The notes under the pieces: generated by a model
Database searches by the model: none
Told to the model about the DNA's origin: nothing
What the model saw: only the letters and a program-made list of their open reading frames with translations
Source of the DNA: an uncultured bacterium
GTDB lineage: Bacteria; Krumholzibacteriota; Krumholzibacteriia; LZORAL124-64-63
Assembly: GCA_937910695.1 (NCBI GenBank)
Contig: CALEMW010000054.1
Location: 13,831 to 77,830 of the forward strand
DNA: 64,000 nucleotides
Direction: 5' to 3'
Shown here: positions 16,873-27,058 of the stretch, one piece after another
Layout of the letters: each line of letters starts with the position of its first letter
How positions within the stretch are numbered: the stretch's first letter is position 1
Made by a program: the position numbers and the translations under genes

Positions 16873-18690
16873 ATGAACCCCACGCGATCGATCGATCCCG
16901 CTCGCCTCGCCGTCCTGATTGTTCTTGTGACCGTGGTCCTGATGGGATCGGTCGCCTGCAACTCGGGACAGAGCGGAGTCAAAGGCTGGAGCGCCGGCAC
17001 GGACCTCGCCGCCGTTTCGATGCACAAAACCCGCGCCGCTAAAATGCCTGGTCTGGCCACCAAGGCCGCCGAATCCTTCTTCGGCACCTTCGAGACCGAC
17101 GACACGCAGCTCGACGACGGCAGCTACGTGGACCTCTACAACCTGTCCGCCGAAGCAGGCGCCGAGATCACGATCTCGATGATCTCCAGCGACGTCGACT
17201 CCTACATCCTGCTCTACCGCGTCGTCGACGGCGGTACCGAACTCGTCGCCCAGGACAACGACAGCTACGGCGACGGCGACGCCCGCCTGACCGTCACCAT
17301 GCCCTCAGCCGGCGCCTACATCATCGCCGCCAACACGGCCGTCGCCGGCGAGACCGGAGGCTACCTCCTGCAGTACGACATGGAGTCCCCCTTCGACGCC
17401 GCGCCGGTCAATGTGACGGCGGGCGGTGCGCTTCAGTTCGACACCGTGGTCACCGGCACCCTCGACGCCAATGACTCGACCGACCAGGAAGGCCGACTCT
17501 ATGAGCTGTTCACCCTGAGCGGAACCGAAGGCCAATACCTGGACCTGCACCTGGAATCCAACGACTTCGACACCGTGATTTCCCTGTTTACCGGTACTCT
17601 CGACGCCCCGGACGTCTACGCCTCCAACGACGACATCGAAGTGGGCGTCGACGCCAACTCGCGCCTGACCGGCACCCTGCCGCAGACCGCCACCTACACG
17701 ATCCAGGTCAAGGCCTACTCCGGCGGCGGCAGCTACACGTTGACGACGACCGGGGAACCCCCCGTGCCGGCCGGCCCCGTGGTCCACGACTGGGCCCAGC
17801 TCTATCCAGGCGGCGGCGATCCCGCCGGCCGCTACGCCCTGATCGTGGGCATCGACGACTATCCCGGCACCGCCAACGATCTGGGCAGCTGCATCGCCGA
17901 TACCCGCGTGATGAAGGACGCCCTGATCCGCCGCTTCGGCTTCGACCCCGCCAACATCGTCGTGCTGCACGATGCCGAAGCCAATCGCGAGCACATCATG
18001 AACGCCTTCACCCGCCACCTGGGCCAGGCCGGCCCCGCGGGCGCGGCTGTGTTCTACTACTCCGGTCACGGCCTGCAGATGGATGACAACTACGGCCTGG
18101 CCGCCGAATTCGACTTCGAAGACGACGGCGTGGACGAGGCCATCGCCATCTGGGCCGTCGACCAGAAGAATTCGGTGATCCTCGACGACGAGCTGGGCAT
18201 GCTGGCCGAAGGCATCGAAGCCGGACGCATGCTCGTCATGCTCGATTCCTGCCACTCGGGCACCGGCACCCGCGCCCGCGGCGAAAAGCAGATGCGCAAC
18301 TTCGCCCAGATGAAGGACCAGTTCACCCTGCCCGCCGAGTACTACGGCGTGAAAAGCGGTGCGCCGGCGGCCGGCACCGGGGGCGAGAACATGAAGGAAC
18401 TCGTCACCCGCAACCGCGACTACGTGCTGCTGACCGCCGCCGCTCCCGACGAGACGGCCCTGACCGGCAGCGACTGGCCCGACTACGGCGGCGTAGCGAG
18501 CGTGTTCACCTACCACCTCGTGAAGAACTTCGACGCCGCGGGCCCGAACGACACCTTCGAGGACATCGCCCTGCGCGTCCGCGAACAGTCGCGCGACTTC
18601 ACCATGTCCACTCAGGACCACGTGCAGACGGCCCAGTTCGAGGGTTCGCAGCTGGGCGCCGGCGTGCAGGCGTTCCTGGGCGGGCGTTGA
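16873..18690 (+). CDS. Secreted lipoprotein with two PPC (pre-peptidase C-terminal) domains followed by a peptidase C14 caspase-like domain (orthocaspase)
   Basis: GGGGAGG RBS. Lipobox 'LMGSVAC'. PPC signatures ('DDGSYVDLYNLSAEAGAEITISM...DSYILLY', 'NDSTDQEGRLYELFTLSGTEGQYLDLHL...TVISLF'). Caspase 'YALIVGIDDY', His in 'FYYSGHG', Cys in 'DSCHSG'. Confidence 0.8.
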   Translation: MNPTRSIDPARLAVLIVLVTVVLMGSVACNSGQSGVKGWSAGTDLAAVSMHKTRAAKMPGLATKAAESFFGTFETDDTQLDDGSYVDLYNLSAEAGAEITISMISSDVDSYILLYRVVDGGTELVAQDNDSYGDGDARLTVTMPSAGAYIIAANTAVAGETGGYLLQYDMESPFDAAPVNVTAGGALQFDTVVTGTLDANDSTDQEGRLYELFTLSGTEGQYLDLHLESNDFDTVISLFTGTLDAPDVYASNDDIEVGVDANSRLTGTLPQTATYTIQVKAYSGGGSYTLTTTGEPPVPAGPVVHDWAQLYPGGGDPAGRYALIVGIDDYPGTANDLGSCIADTRVMKDALIRRFGFDPANIVVLHDAEANREHIMNAFTRHLGQAGPAGAAVFYYSGHGLQMDDNYGLAAEFDFEDDGVDEAIAIWAVDQKNSVILDDELGMLAEGIEAGRMLVMLDSCHSGTGTRARGEKQMRNFAQMKDQFTLPAEYYGVKSGAPAAGTGGENMKELVTRNRDYVLLTAAAPDETALTGSDWPDYGGVASVFTYHLVKNFDAAGPNDTFEDIALRVREQSRDFTMSTQDHVQTAQFEGSQLGAGVQAFLGGR

Positions 18691-20999
18691 GCCGCGGCCT
18701 GAAACGAGTGCTCCCGAGGAGGTGCGGCCCCGCGCCGCACCTCCTTCCTCTTCTGCTGATCCTGTCCATCCTGGCGGCGGAAGCCGCCGCCGCCGAGCGC
18801 CATGCCCTGGTCGTGGGCATCAATCTCTATGCTCCGGACGGAACAGAGCAGGCCACCGTGGCTCCCGACCGCGGCGGCTGGGGCAACCTCGAGGGCGCCG
18901 TGGACGACGCCCGGGCCATGGCGTCGCTCCTGGAACACCGATTCGGATTTCCCGCCGACAACATCGCCGTGCTGCTCGACCGCGAGGCGACCCGCGTCGC
19001 CATCCTCGACGGGCTGCGACGCACCCTGCTGGAACAGTCGCAGCCGGGCGATACGGCTGTGTTCTTCTATGCGGGTCACGGCTCCCAGGTGCGCAACACG
19101 GCGTCGGACGAGCTCGACGGCAAGGACGAAACCCTCGTACCCGCCGACGCCTGCCTCGGTGCCCCCGACATCCGCGACAAGGAATTGAAGCGTCTGCTCT
19201 GGCAGTCGTTGGAGCGCGGCGTGCGGGTTGTGTTCGTGAGCGACAGCTGCCACAGCGGTTCGGTGACCCGGGGCGTGGCCCCGCCGCGGGCCCGCGCCCT
19301 GCCGCCGGCAGCCGGCTCGGTCGACGATCCCGACGGCGCCCCCGACCCCGCCGGCCATCCCCTGGCGATCATGATCACCGCCACGCAATCCCATCAGCGG
19401 GCCCAGGAGATCGACGTCGACGGCGGCCGGCGCGGCGCCTTGAGCTGGTCGCTGCAGCGGGCGCTGACGTCGTTGCCTGTGGACGCCAGTGCCCGCGACG
19501 TGTTCGCCGCCGCCCGCGGTCTGCTGCGTTGGCAGGGTGTAAGCCAGGATCCGGGACTGGAGGGACGCGGCGAGAGCCTGAATGCGCCACTGTTCGGCGC
19601 TGCTGGACAAGCGAAAGAAGGCGACAGCAATGTTGCCCGTACAATCGTGGCAGTGAGCGGCGTTGAAAGCGGCGTCGTGAGCCTGGACGGCGGTTTGGCC
19701 CTGGGGCTCGCCGTCGGCTGCGAGTTGGCCGCATCCGGAGGCGACGGCCCCCTGCTGCGCATCGACGCCGTCGACATCACCGGCGGCCGTGCATCGGTCT
19801 TGCAGGCCGACCTTCCTGCTCCTGTTCCAGGCACGCTCTACGAAGTCGTCCGCTGGGCGCCGCCGCCGGGTGAACCGTTGCGGTTCTGGCTTCCACCTCA
19901 AACGCCGACCGAAGATGCTGCAGCCATGATCCGCGCCCTGCAGAACGCAGCCTCAAGGCACCGAGTCCTGACGATGTCCGAACCCACAGTCACTCTTCCC
20001 ACCCATTCGGTCATGACGACCACCGAAGGCTGGTTCATGACAGGCGGCGGTCTGAACGTCCCGATCGGCTCCCCCGGCGACGTCGACCATCTCCTCGCCG
20101 ACGCGGTCGCTCACTACCAGGAATCCTTGAATCTGCTGATCCTGGCTCCTCCTCCCAGAGGGCTCGCAGACAAACTCGAAGAGGCCCTGACGCTCCGATC
20201 CGGAGGGATCCAACTCGTTTCCGATCTCGGCCGCGCCGACTACTTCCTGATGATCGACCCCGACTCCGGATTCGGTTCCTGGGTCAATCGCGCCGCAACC
20301 CAGGACACGATCGGCTGCGCCATGCCCCGCCGCACCCGCGGTGTTCGTTTCGATGACGAAAAACACGGCCTGGCGGCAGCGGCCCTGGCCGACCAGGCTT
20401 CGAGGCTGGCGCGAATCCGCGGCTGGCATCAGCTCCAGGGACCCGGCGACGATCCGGCGTTCCCCTACCGTCCGGTCGGCCTCCGCGGCGCCGACGGCCA
20501 GCTGCGCGACCTCGACCAACCGGTCCACGACGGCGAGAGCCTGAGTCTCGTGCTCCGAGCCGACGAAGCGGGCCGCCGCGGCCTCGCCCGTCTGGCCAGG
20601 GCCTACAAGGCGACGCCCCGCCATCTCTACGTGTTTGCTGTGGATCAACTTGGGAACGGTTTTCCTCTGCTGCACGAACTCTTCCAGCCCGAGGCGCGGG
20701 GACTGCCTCCCGAGGAGATCGTACTGCGCCAGCCGGGCCAGGAATTCCTGGTCGAAGTCGGTGAGCCCTACGGCACCGACACGATCTTCGTGCTGGCCAC
20801 AGAGGAGCCCCTGCCGTCGATGGAGGTGTTCGACTTCGGAGGCGTGGGCGTGCGCTCCGCCCCCCTGGGCGCAACGTCGCCGTTGGCGGACCTGCTCTAC
20901 GGCGTCGGCACACAACGGCGCGGCGATCTACCCGCCGTTCCGCTGAACTGGAGCGTGTCGAAGTGGACGGTGCTCAGCAAGGCGCCAGCCGGGCGCTAG
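18687..20999 (+). CDS. Secreted caspase-like peptidase C14 (N-terminal domain) with ~500-aa C-terminal region of unknown function
   Basis: 4-nt overlap with the previous gene. Signal peptide 'LLPLLLILSILAAEAAAA'. 'HALVVGINLY', His in 'FFYAGHG', Cys in 'VSDSCHSG'. Exact start uncertain (non-ATG). Confidence 0.75.
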   Translation: MSRGLKRVLPRRCGPAPHLLPLLLILSILAAEAAAAERHALVVGINLYAPDGTEQATVAPDRGGWGNLEGAVDDARAMASLLEHRFGFPADNIAVLLDREATRVAILDGLRRTLLEQSQPGDTAVFFYAGHGSQVRNTASDELDGKDETLVPADACLGAPDIRDKELKRLLWQSLERGVRVVFVSDSCHSGSVTRGVAPPRARALPPAAGSVDDPDGAPDPAGHPLAIMITATQSHQRAQEIDVDGGRRGALSWSLQRALTSLPVDASARDVFAAARGLLRWQGVSQDPGLEGRGESLNAPLFGAAGQAKEGDSNVARTIVAVSGVESGVVSLDGGLALGLAVGCELAASGGDGPLLRIDAVDITGGRASVLQADLPAPVPGTLYEVVRWAPPPGEPLRFWLPPQTPTEDAAAMIRALQNAASRHRVLTMSEPTVTLPTHSVMTTTEGWFMTGGGLNVPIGSPGDVDHLLADAVAHYQESLNLLILAPPPRGLADKLEEALTLRSGGIQLVSDLGRADYFLMIDPDSGFGSWVNRAATQDTIGCAMPRRTRGVRFDDEKHGLAAAALADQASRLARIRGWHQLQGPGDDPAFPYRPVGLRGADGQLRDLDQPVHDGESLSLVLRADEAGRRGLARLARAYKATPRHLYVFAVDQLGNGFPLLHELFQPEARGLPPEEIVLRQPGQEFLVEVGEPYGTDTIFVLATEEPLPSMEVFDFGGVGVRSAPLGATSPLADLLYGVGTQRRGDLPAVPLNWSVSKWTVLSKAPAGR

Positions 21000-21355
21000 T
21001 CCGCCGTGCTGAAGGGCTGCATCACGCCGAACATGATCCCCGCCGGATCCTTGAAGTAACCGTGAGTACCCACGCCGGGAATTTCATGGGGCCCGAGCAC
21101 CAGTTCTCCTCCCGCCGCCTCGGCCTTCTGCTTCGTCGCAGCGAAATCGTCGATCTGGATCGTGTTGATCACCGGCTGCGGGAAGTGAGCGCCCATGAAA
21201 CCGCCGTCGATGCCGGGGCCGTCGCCGGTGCCGGCGAGCCAGTAGCCCTGGGGGCCGTCGGCCTTGGCGATTTTCCAGCCAAAAACATCTTCGTAGAAGG
21301 CGTAGAGAGCTTCAGGATTCTCAGCGAGGATTTCGAAGTGGATGGGACGGGGCAT
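20996..21355 (-). CDS. VOC (glyoxalase/bleomycin-resistance/dioxygenase) family protein
   Basis: 119 aa. 'IHFEILAENPEALYAFYEDVFGW...HGYFKDPAGIMFGV' VOC fold pattern. Confidence 0.7.
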   Translation of the reverse strand: MPRPIHFEILAENPEALYAFYEDVFGWKIAKADGPQGYWLAGTGDGPGIDGGFMGAHFPQPVINTIQIDDFAATKQKAEAAGGELVLGPHEIPGVGTHGYFKDPAGIMFGVMQPFSTAD

Positions 21356-21514
21356 GGGGATCTCCCGGGTTGATGCCTTGGCGTCTTTGATGGAACCAAG
21401 CAGCTGGATTACGGTATCACCGCGCCTCAGAGTACCCTTGAATCACGGGGCCCGCGACTCTAGAATGACCCCACCTTTATCTCATCAGCCGTCACACCCG
21501 AACAGGAGCCCGCG

Positions 21515-22225
21515 ATGAGCGAATTCCGGCCCCAGAACGACACGGCTCTCTTCAGCACTCCTGCGACCCAGGCGGCTGCTCAAGACGTCGAACGCTTCAT
21601 CCCCCGCGTCTACAACCACGTGATGGGCGCCATCGTGCTGCTGATCGCCCTGGAGGTCTGGTACTTCAAGACCGACCTCGCTTATACGATGGCCTCGGCG
21701 ATGCTCGGAGTGAACTGGCTGATGGTCCTCGGCGCGTTCATGGTCGTCGGCTGGCTGGCCCGCGGCGCCGCCCACCGGGCTCATTCCCTGCGCACGCAGT
21801 ATCTCGCGCTCGCTGGTTACGTGGTGGCCGAATCGATCATCCTGGTGCCCATGCTGGTCATCGCCGAGTACAGGGCCCCCGGCACAATCACGAGCGCGGG
21901 GCTGCTGACCCTGCTGGGATTCGCCGGCCTGACGGCCATCGCCTTCCGCTCGCGCCGCGACTTCACGATGTACACGGCGCTGCTGCAGTGGGCGGGCGTG
22001 CTGGCGCTGGTGGCCATCGTCGGCAGCGTGGTGTTCGGCATGCATCTGGGCACCTGGTTCTCGGTGCTGATGGTGGGCGTGGCCGGCCTGGCGATCCTGC
22101 GCGACACCTCGGCGATCATCCACCACTACCCGTCCGACCGGTACGTGGCGGCGGCGCTGGAGCTGTTCGCTTCGGTGGCACTGATGTTCTGGTATCTGTT
22201 GAGGTTGCTGTCGGGACGACGTTAG
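21515..22225 (+). CDS. Bax inhibitor-1 / YccA (TMBIM) family membrane protein
   Basis: 236 aa, 7 predicted TM. Matches the BI-1/YccA family along its length ('FIPRVYNHVMGAIVLLIALEVW...'). Confidence 0.8.
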   Translation: MSEFRPQNDTALFSTPATQAAAQDVERFIPRVYNHVMGAIVLLIALEVWYFKTDLAYTMASAMLGVNWLMVLGAFMVVGWLARGAAHRAHSLRTQYLALAGYVVAESIILVPMLVIAEYRAPGTITSAGLLTLLGFAGLTAIAFRSRRDFTMYTALLQWAGVLALVAIVGSVVFGMHLGTWFSVLMVGVAGLAILRDTSAIIHHYPSDRYVAAALELFASVALMFWYLLRLLSGRR

Positions 22226-22246
22226 ACACCTCATCGCATTCATTAG

Positions 22247-22276
22247 AAGGGCGCCCCATAGGGGGCGCCCTTTCTC
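22247..22276. terminator. Bidirectional hairpin terminator between convergent genes
   Basis: 'AGGGCGCCCC atag GGGGCGCCCT' perfect 10-bp stem followed by TTCTC. Confidence 0.6.
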
Positions 22277-22292
22277 ATGCGACTCGGGGCGC

Positions 22293-22670
22293 TCAGGCCT
22301 GATACAGGGCGCAGACCGCGCCGGCCGGATCGCGGATCACGGTGAACCGCGCTTCGCCCATCTCCCTCGTGGGCACGACCACCGCACCGCCGAGCTTCTC
22401 CACGTTGGCCAGGCTCTTGTCCAGGTTCTTCACCACGATGTACATCATCCAGACGGGGGGCTGGTTCGCGTTGTCGCCTTTGCTGTGGCAGATGCCGGCG
22501 ACGGGGTCGGCCTCGGACGGGCTCATGCACCAGTCCTCGTAGTCGCCCATCGGCACGGGATCGATGTCCCAGCCCACGACCTTGGCGTAGAAATCGCGGA
22601 CTTCCCTGGCATTGCCGACGGTGAGGTCGATCCAGCCGATGGTGCCGACGGCGGGTTTGTTGTCGCTCAT
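22293..22670 (-). CDS. VOC/glyoxalase family protein
   Basis: Start at internal ATG (MSDNKPAVG). 'GWIDLTVGNAREVRDFYAKVVGW...FTVIRDPAGAVCALYQ'. Confidence 0.65.
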   Translation of the reverse strand: MSDNKPAVGTIGWIDLTVGNAREVRDFYAKVVGWDIDPVPMGDYEDWCMSPSEADPVAGICHSKGDNANQPPVWMMYIVVKNLDKSLANVEKLGGAVVVPTREMGEARFTVIRDPAGAVCALYQA

Positions 22671-22751
22671 GCGGGGGCCTTTCGGGAGAAGATCCAAAAA
22701 TTCACCGACATTGGAGTATGAGAGTCCAGACGTCTGGACTCTCATCGACGA

Positions 22752-25700
22752 TCAGTCCTCTGTTTCGTGCGACGGCTTCCACCACCACCCGATCAACATC
22801 CGATAGAAGAAGTCCTTCACAGGATCAATACTCGCGTACATCACCGGCACCACCACCAGCGTCAGGAAGGTGGCCACCACCAGGCCCCAGATCACCGCGA
22901 CGCCCATGGGGCCCCACCACTGGCTCGACTCGCCGCCCACGATCACGGCGTGACCGAAGTCGCCGTGGACGAGGCGGTTGAAGTCGACCGAGAAGCCGGT
23001 CGTCAGCGGGATCAGGCCGAGCACGGTGGTCACAGCGGTCAGGATCACCGGCCGGAAACGGGTCATGCCGGCGGTGACGATGGCCTCGATCTTGTCCATG
23101 CCCTTGTTGCGGAGCTGGATGATGTAGTCGAGCAACACGATGGCGTTGTTGACCACGATGCCCGCCAGGGAGATCACGCCGACGCCGGTCATGATGATGC
23201 CGAACGGGGTGCCGGTGATCATCAGTCCCAGGAACACGCCGATGAGCGACAGCACCACGCTGCTCAAGATCACCAGCGGCACCGTGATGCTGCTGAACTG
23301 GCTGATCAGCACCACGAAGATGAGCATGACCGCGAGCAGGAAGGCCTCCTGGATGAAGGCGCTGGCCTCCGCCTGGTCCTCGCTCTCGCCGGTGTAGTCC
23401 AGGCCGTAGCCGGGGGGCAGAGTGTAGTCGGCGAGGCGTTGCTGCACCTCGGCGAGCAGGGCGTTGCCGTTGTAGCCGGCGGCCACGTCCGCACTGACGG
23501 TCACCACGCGCTCGGCGTCGATGCGGTTGATCGAGGCGAGACCCGAGGTGAACTCGGTTGTGGCGAAGGCCGACAGGGGCACCTGCTCGCCTTCGTAGAA
23601 GATGTTCAGGTTTTCGAGGTCCTCCACCTTTTTGCGGAACGGCTCCTGGTAGCGGACCATGATGTCGTATTCGTCTTCGCCCACGCGGAACTTGGCCGTC
23701 TCGGCGCCGTGCAGGGCGGTGCGGATGGTGCCGGCGATGTCCCAGGTGCGCAGGCCGTAGCGGCCGGCCTTGTCCACGTCGGGGCGCACCTCGATCTTGG
23801 GCAGGCCGCGGTCGAAGTTGTCGACGATGTCCACCAGGCCAGGCACGCCACGGATGCGTTCCTTGACCTGGGCGGCGAGTTCGCCGAGCACCTCGAAATC
23901 GGCGCCGGTGATCTCGATGTTCACGGGCTTGCCCGTAGGCGGCCCCTCCTCCTGCTTGTCGATCACCAAGCGGGCTCCGGTGAACCCGGCCAGGGATGCA
24001 CGGAGGTCCTCGATGTGCTGGCGAGATGAACCGACGCGCTCCTCGCGGTCGACGAACTCCATCGTCACGAGGCTCTTGTGGGACGGCGCCTGGTTGGTGC
24101 CGGACAGGCCGCCGCCGCTCTCGGCGCCGACCTGGGCGCTGAACGCCTTGAGGTCGGGCACCTCGGCCACAACCTTCTCGATGGCCTTCGTGTAGGAATC
24201 GCTCACGTCGACGCGGGTACCCGACGGCGCTTCGACGCTCACGTACGCCACCCGCGGCTCGACGTCGGGGAACAGCTCCACGCCGGCGTTGAACATACCG
24301 AACAGGATCATCACGACCACCAAGGCGACCGCCATGCCGACCTGCACAAGCACCTTGTGGCGCAGCGCCCATTCGAGGGTCGGCTTGTAGGTCGTCTGGC
24401 CGTAGGTGATGAGCCTGTCGCCTACGCCCTGCTTGGCCACGCTCTTGCGCGGCACGCGCATCATGCGGGCGCAGAGCACCGGGTTGAAGACCAGCGCCAC
24501 CAGCAGCGACGCCGACAGGGTGATCATCACGGTCAGCGGCAGGTATCTCATGAACTCGCCCATGATGCCCGGCCAGAGCATCATCGGGCCGAAGGCGCAG
24601 AGGGTCGTGAGGGTCGAGGCGATGACGGCGCCCGACACCTCGGAGGCGCCCAGTCGCGCGGCCTCGGCGGCGCTCTTGCCCTCGCCCCGGTGGCGGAAGA
24701 TGTTCTCGACGATCACGATGGCGTTGTCCACGAGCATGCCCAGCGCCAGGATCAGCGAGAAGAGCACCACCATGTTCAAAGTGATGCCCAAGGCCCGCAG
24801 CACGATGAACGCGATGAGCATCGAGAACGGGATGGCCACGCCGACGAACAATGAGTTGGTGAAGCCGAAGAACAGCAGCAGCACCGCGACCACCAGGATC
24901 AGACCGCTGATGATGTTGTTTTCGAGCTCGTTGACATAGTGGCGGATATCCACGGACTGGTCGCCCACGATGGTCACGTCGATGCCCTCGGGCATCAGGG
25001 GCTCCTGCTCGGCGAGCAGGGCCTTCACCGCGTCGACGATGTCGATGATGTTCTCGCCGCTGCGTTTCTTGACCGAGAGGATGACGGCCTCCTGGCCGTT
25101 CACCCGCGAGATGGTCTCGCGGTCCTTCACGCCGAAGCTCACGTCGGCTACGTCGCGCACATAGACCGGCGTCGCCTCGCCGATGTTCAGGACGAAGTCG
25201 AGGATCTCCTCGACCCGCTCCACCTCCCCGGGCACGGTGACCTGGTACTTGTAGAGTCCCAGCTCCAGCTCGCCGCCGGGGATGGTGGTGTTCTGCAGGA
25301 AGATGGCATCCTGCACATCGATCAGGCTCAGGTTGTAGAACGAGAGCCGTTCGGGGTCGACGTCCACGCGCACCTCGTGCTCGATGCCGCCGGTCAGGTC
25401 GACTTCGAGCACGCCGCGCACCTGCTCGATCTCCTCCTGCAGGTCCTCGCCCACCTCCTTGAGGGTGCTCGGATCGAGGTCGCCGGCCAGATTGATCTGC
25501 ACGATGGGCCAGTCGTCGCTGCTGATCTCGATGATCATCAGATCCTCGCGGGGATCGTCGGGCAGCTCCGGCTTGGCCGTGTCCACACGGTCGCGGACCT
25601 TCTGCAGGGCGTCGCTCATCTCGATGCTGGGGTCGAACTCCAGCAGGATCGACGAGGCGCCTTCGACCGACGTGCTCGTCATCTCCTCGAGGTCGGCCAG

Positions 25701-25919
25701 TCCCTTCAGCTCGCGTTCGAGCTTACGGGTGATCAGGTTCTCGACGTCTTCGGGACTGGCGCCCGAGTAGGGCGTCATGACCAGCACGAAGGGGATCTTG
25801 ATGTCGGGGCTCGATTCGCGGGGCAGGGACTTGTACGAATCCAGGCCCACGAGCGTGATGATCACCATGAACGCGAAGATCATGGGATACTTGCGGATGG
25901 CGCCTTCGGTGATCCTCAT
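22752..25919 (-). CDS. RND efflux permease (HAE1/AcrB family)
   Basis: 1055 aa, 12 TM plus large periplasmic loops. Matches the AcrB/MexB family along its length. Confidence 0.9.
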   Translation of the reverse strand: MRITEGAIRKYPMIFAFMVIITLVGLDSYKSLPRESSPDIKIPFVLVMTPYSGASPEDVENLITRKLERELKGLADLEEMTSTSVEGASSILLEFDPSIEMSDALQKVRDRVDTAKPELPDDPREDLMIIEISSDDWPIVQINLAGDLDPSTLKEVGEDLQEEIEQVRGVLEVDLTGGIEHEVRVDVDPERLSFYNLSLIDVQDAIFLQNTTIPGGELELGLYKYQVTVPGEVERVEEILDFVLNIGEATPVYVRDVADVSFGVKDRETISRVNGQEAVILSVKKRSGENIIDIVDAVKALLAEQEPLMPEGIDVTIVGDQSVDIRHYVNELENNIISGLILVVAVLLLFFGFTNSLFVGVAIPFSMLIAFIVLRALGITLNMVVLFSLILALGMLVDNAIVIVENIFRHRGEGKSAAEAARLGASEVSGAVIASTLTTLCAFGPMMLWPGIMGEFMRYLPLTVMITLSASLLVALVFNPVLCARMMRVPRKSVAKQGVGDRLITYGQTTYKPTLEWALRHKVLVQVGMAVALVVVMILFGMFNAGVELFPDVEPRVAYVSVEAPSGTRVDVSDSYTKAIEKVVAEVPDLKAFSAQVGAESGGGLSGTNQAPSHKSLVTMEFVDREERVGSSRQHIEDLRASLAGFTGARLVIDKQEEGPPTGKPVNIEITGADFEVLGELAAQVKERIRGVPGLVDIVDNFDRGLPKIEVRPDVDKAGRYGLRTWDIAGTIRTALHGAETAKFRVGEDEYDIMVRYQEPFRKKVEDLENLNIFYEGEQVPLSAFATTEFTSGLASINRIDAERVVTVSADVAAGYNGNALLAEVQQRLADYTLPPGYGLDYTGESEDQAEASAFIQEAFLLAVMLIFVVLISQFSSITVPLVILSSVVLSLIGVFLGLMITGTPFGIIMTGVGVISLAGIVVNNAIVLLDYIIQLRNKGMDKIEAIVTAGMTRFRPVILTAVTTVLGLIPLTTGFSVDFNRLVHGDFGHAVIVGGESSQWWGPMGVAVIWGLVVATFLTLVVVPVMYASIDPVKDFFYRMLIGWWWKPSHETED

Positions 25920-27058
25920 CGGACGGCCTCCTCGCCGCCGCTCGCGCGGACCCGGGAATCCTCGTCGCGGATCACGTCGGGATCGCCGGCGGCGGAACCG
26001 TCGGCGTTGTCGGTCGTCTCGGTCACTTTGACCAGCGCACCTTCGATAAGATCACGCTGGCCACGCACCACGAGTCTGTCGCCTGCCGCGAGACCGTCGA
26101 CGACCAGGACCATCAGGCCCTGATCGGCGCCCGTGGTGATCGACCGCAGCCGTGCCCGGTCGCTCTCCACCACGTAGACCGCCCGGCCCTCGGGAGTACT
26201 CAGTACGGCATCGCGGGGCACTGCGATCACACCGACGTGCTCGGCGCTGCGGATGCTGGCTCTGCCGACAACCCCGCTGCGCAGCCCGCCATCGGGGTTG
26301 GGCACACGGATTTCAACGGTGAACTTGCCCGTGAGCGGATCGGCTTCGAAGCCCACCCAAACAACCTCGCCGACGACCATGCCGTCGGATCCGTCGAGGG
26401 TCACTTCAACCTGGGAGCCTTCATCGATGCCGGCCACGTCCCTTTCGGTGACCACGCCGACGAGCTTGAGCGCCGAGGGATCGACCACCCTGGCCACCGG
26501 CGTACCGGGCGCCACCAGCTCACCCGGTTCCACATAGCGGTCGGTGACGAGACCCGCGAAAGGCGCCGCCACAGCCGATCGATCATAGCGCCGCTCGACG
26601 ACCGCGAGCTGGGCGCGGGCCTGGGCCGCGGCATTGCGTGCCGTGAGCAGTTCGAGCCGGCTCACCTTTTCGGCCTCGTACAGGGACGACACTTTCGCGG
26701 CGCTGTAGTCCTGCAGTTCTACGTTGGCGCGGGCGGCCTCGAGCTCCGCCGCCAGCAGACGCCGGTCCAGCTCCACGAGCACGTCGCCCTCCTGCACCAC
26801 ATCGCCCTTGTCGTGGGGCACGGCGAAGACCGAGCCAGACTCCTCGGCGCTCACCACGGCCCCGCGCACCGGCGCCATGGGCCCGGTGATCTCCAGGTAT
26901 TCCGTGACGTCGGTCGGCGCGAGATCGAGCACCCGCACGTTGCGCGCCACTTCGGCGGGAGCCTCGGCCTGCTGCTCGGGGGCACAGCCCGCCGTCAGCA
27001 GAGTGGCGACCAGAACGGTCAGGACGACGGTGATTCCCTTGCGTGCGAACATCATCAC
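25916..27058 (-). CDS. RND periplasmic adaptor (membrane fusion protein, HlyD/AcrA family), lipoprotein
   Basis: Lipobox 'LLTAGCA'. Coiled-coil hairpin plus beta-barrel/lipoyl-like motifs. 4-nt overlap with the permease gene. Confidence 0.85.
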   Translation of the reverse strand: MMMFARKGITVVLTVLVATLLTAGCAPEQQAEAPAEVARNVRVLDLAPTDVTEYLEITGPMAPVRGAVVSAEESGSVFAVPHDKGDVVQEGDVLVELDRRLLAAELEAARANVELQDYSAAKVSSLYEAEKVSRLELLTARNAAAQARAQLAVVERRYDRSAVAAPFAGLVTDRYVEPGELVAPGTPVARVVDPSALKLVGVVTERDVAGIDEGSQVEVTLDGSDGMVVGEVVWVGFEADPLTGKFTVEIRVPNPDGGLRSGVVGRASIRSAEHVGVIAVPRDAVLSTPEGRAVYVVESDRARLRSITTGADQGLMVLVVDGLAAGDRLVVRGQRDLIEGALVKVTETTDNADGSAAGDPDVIRDEDSRVRASGGEEAVR

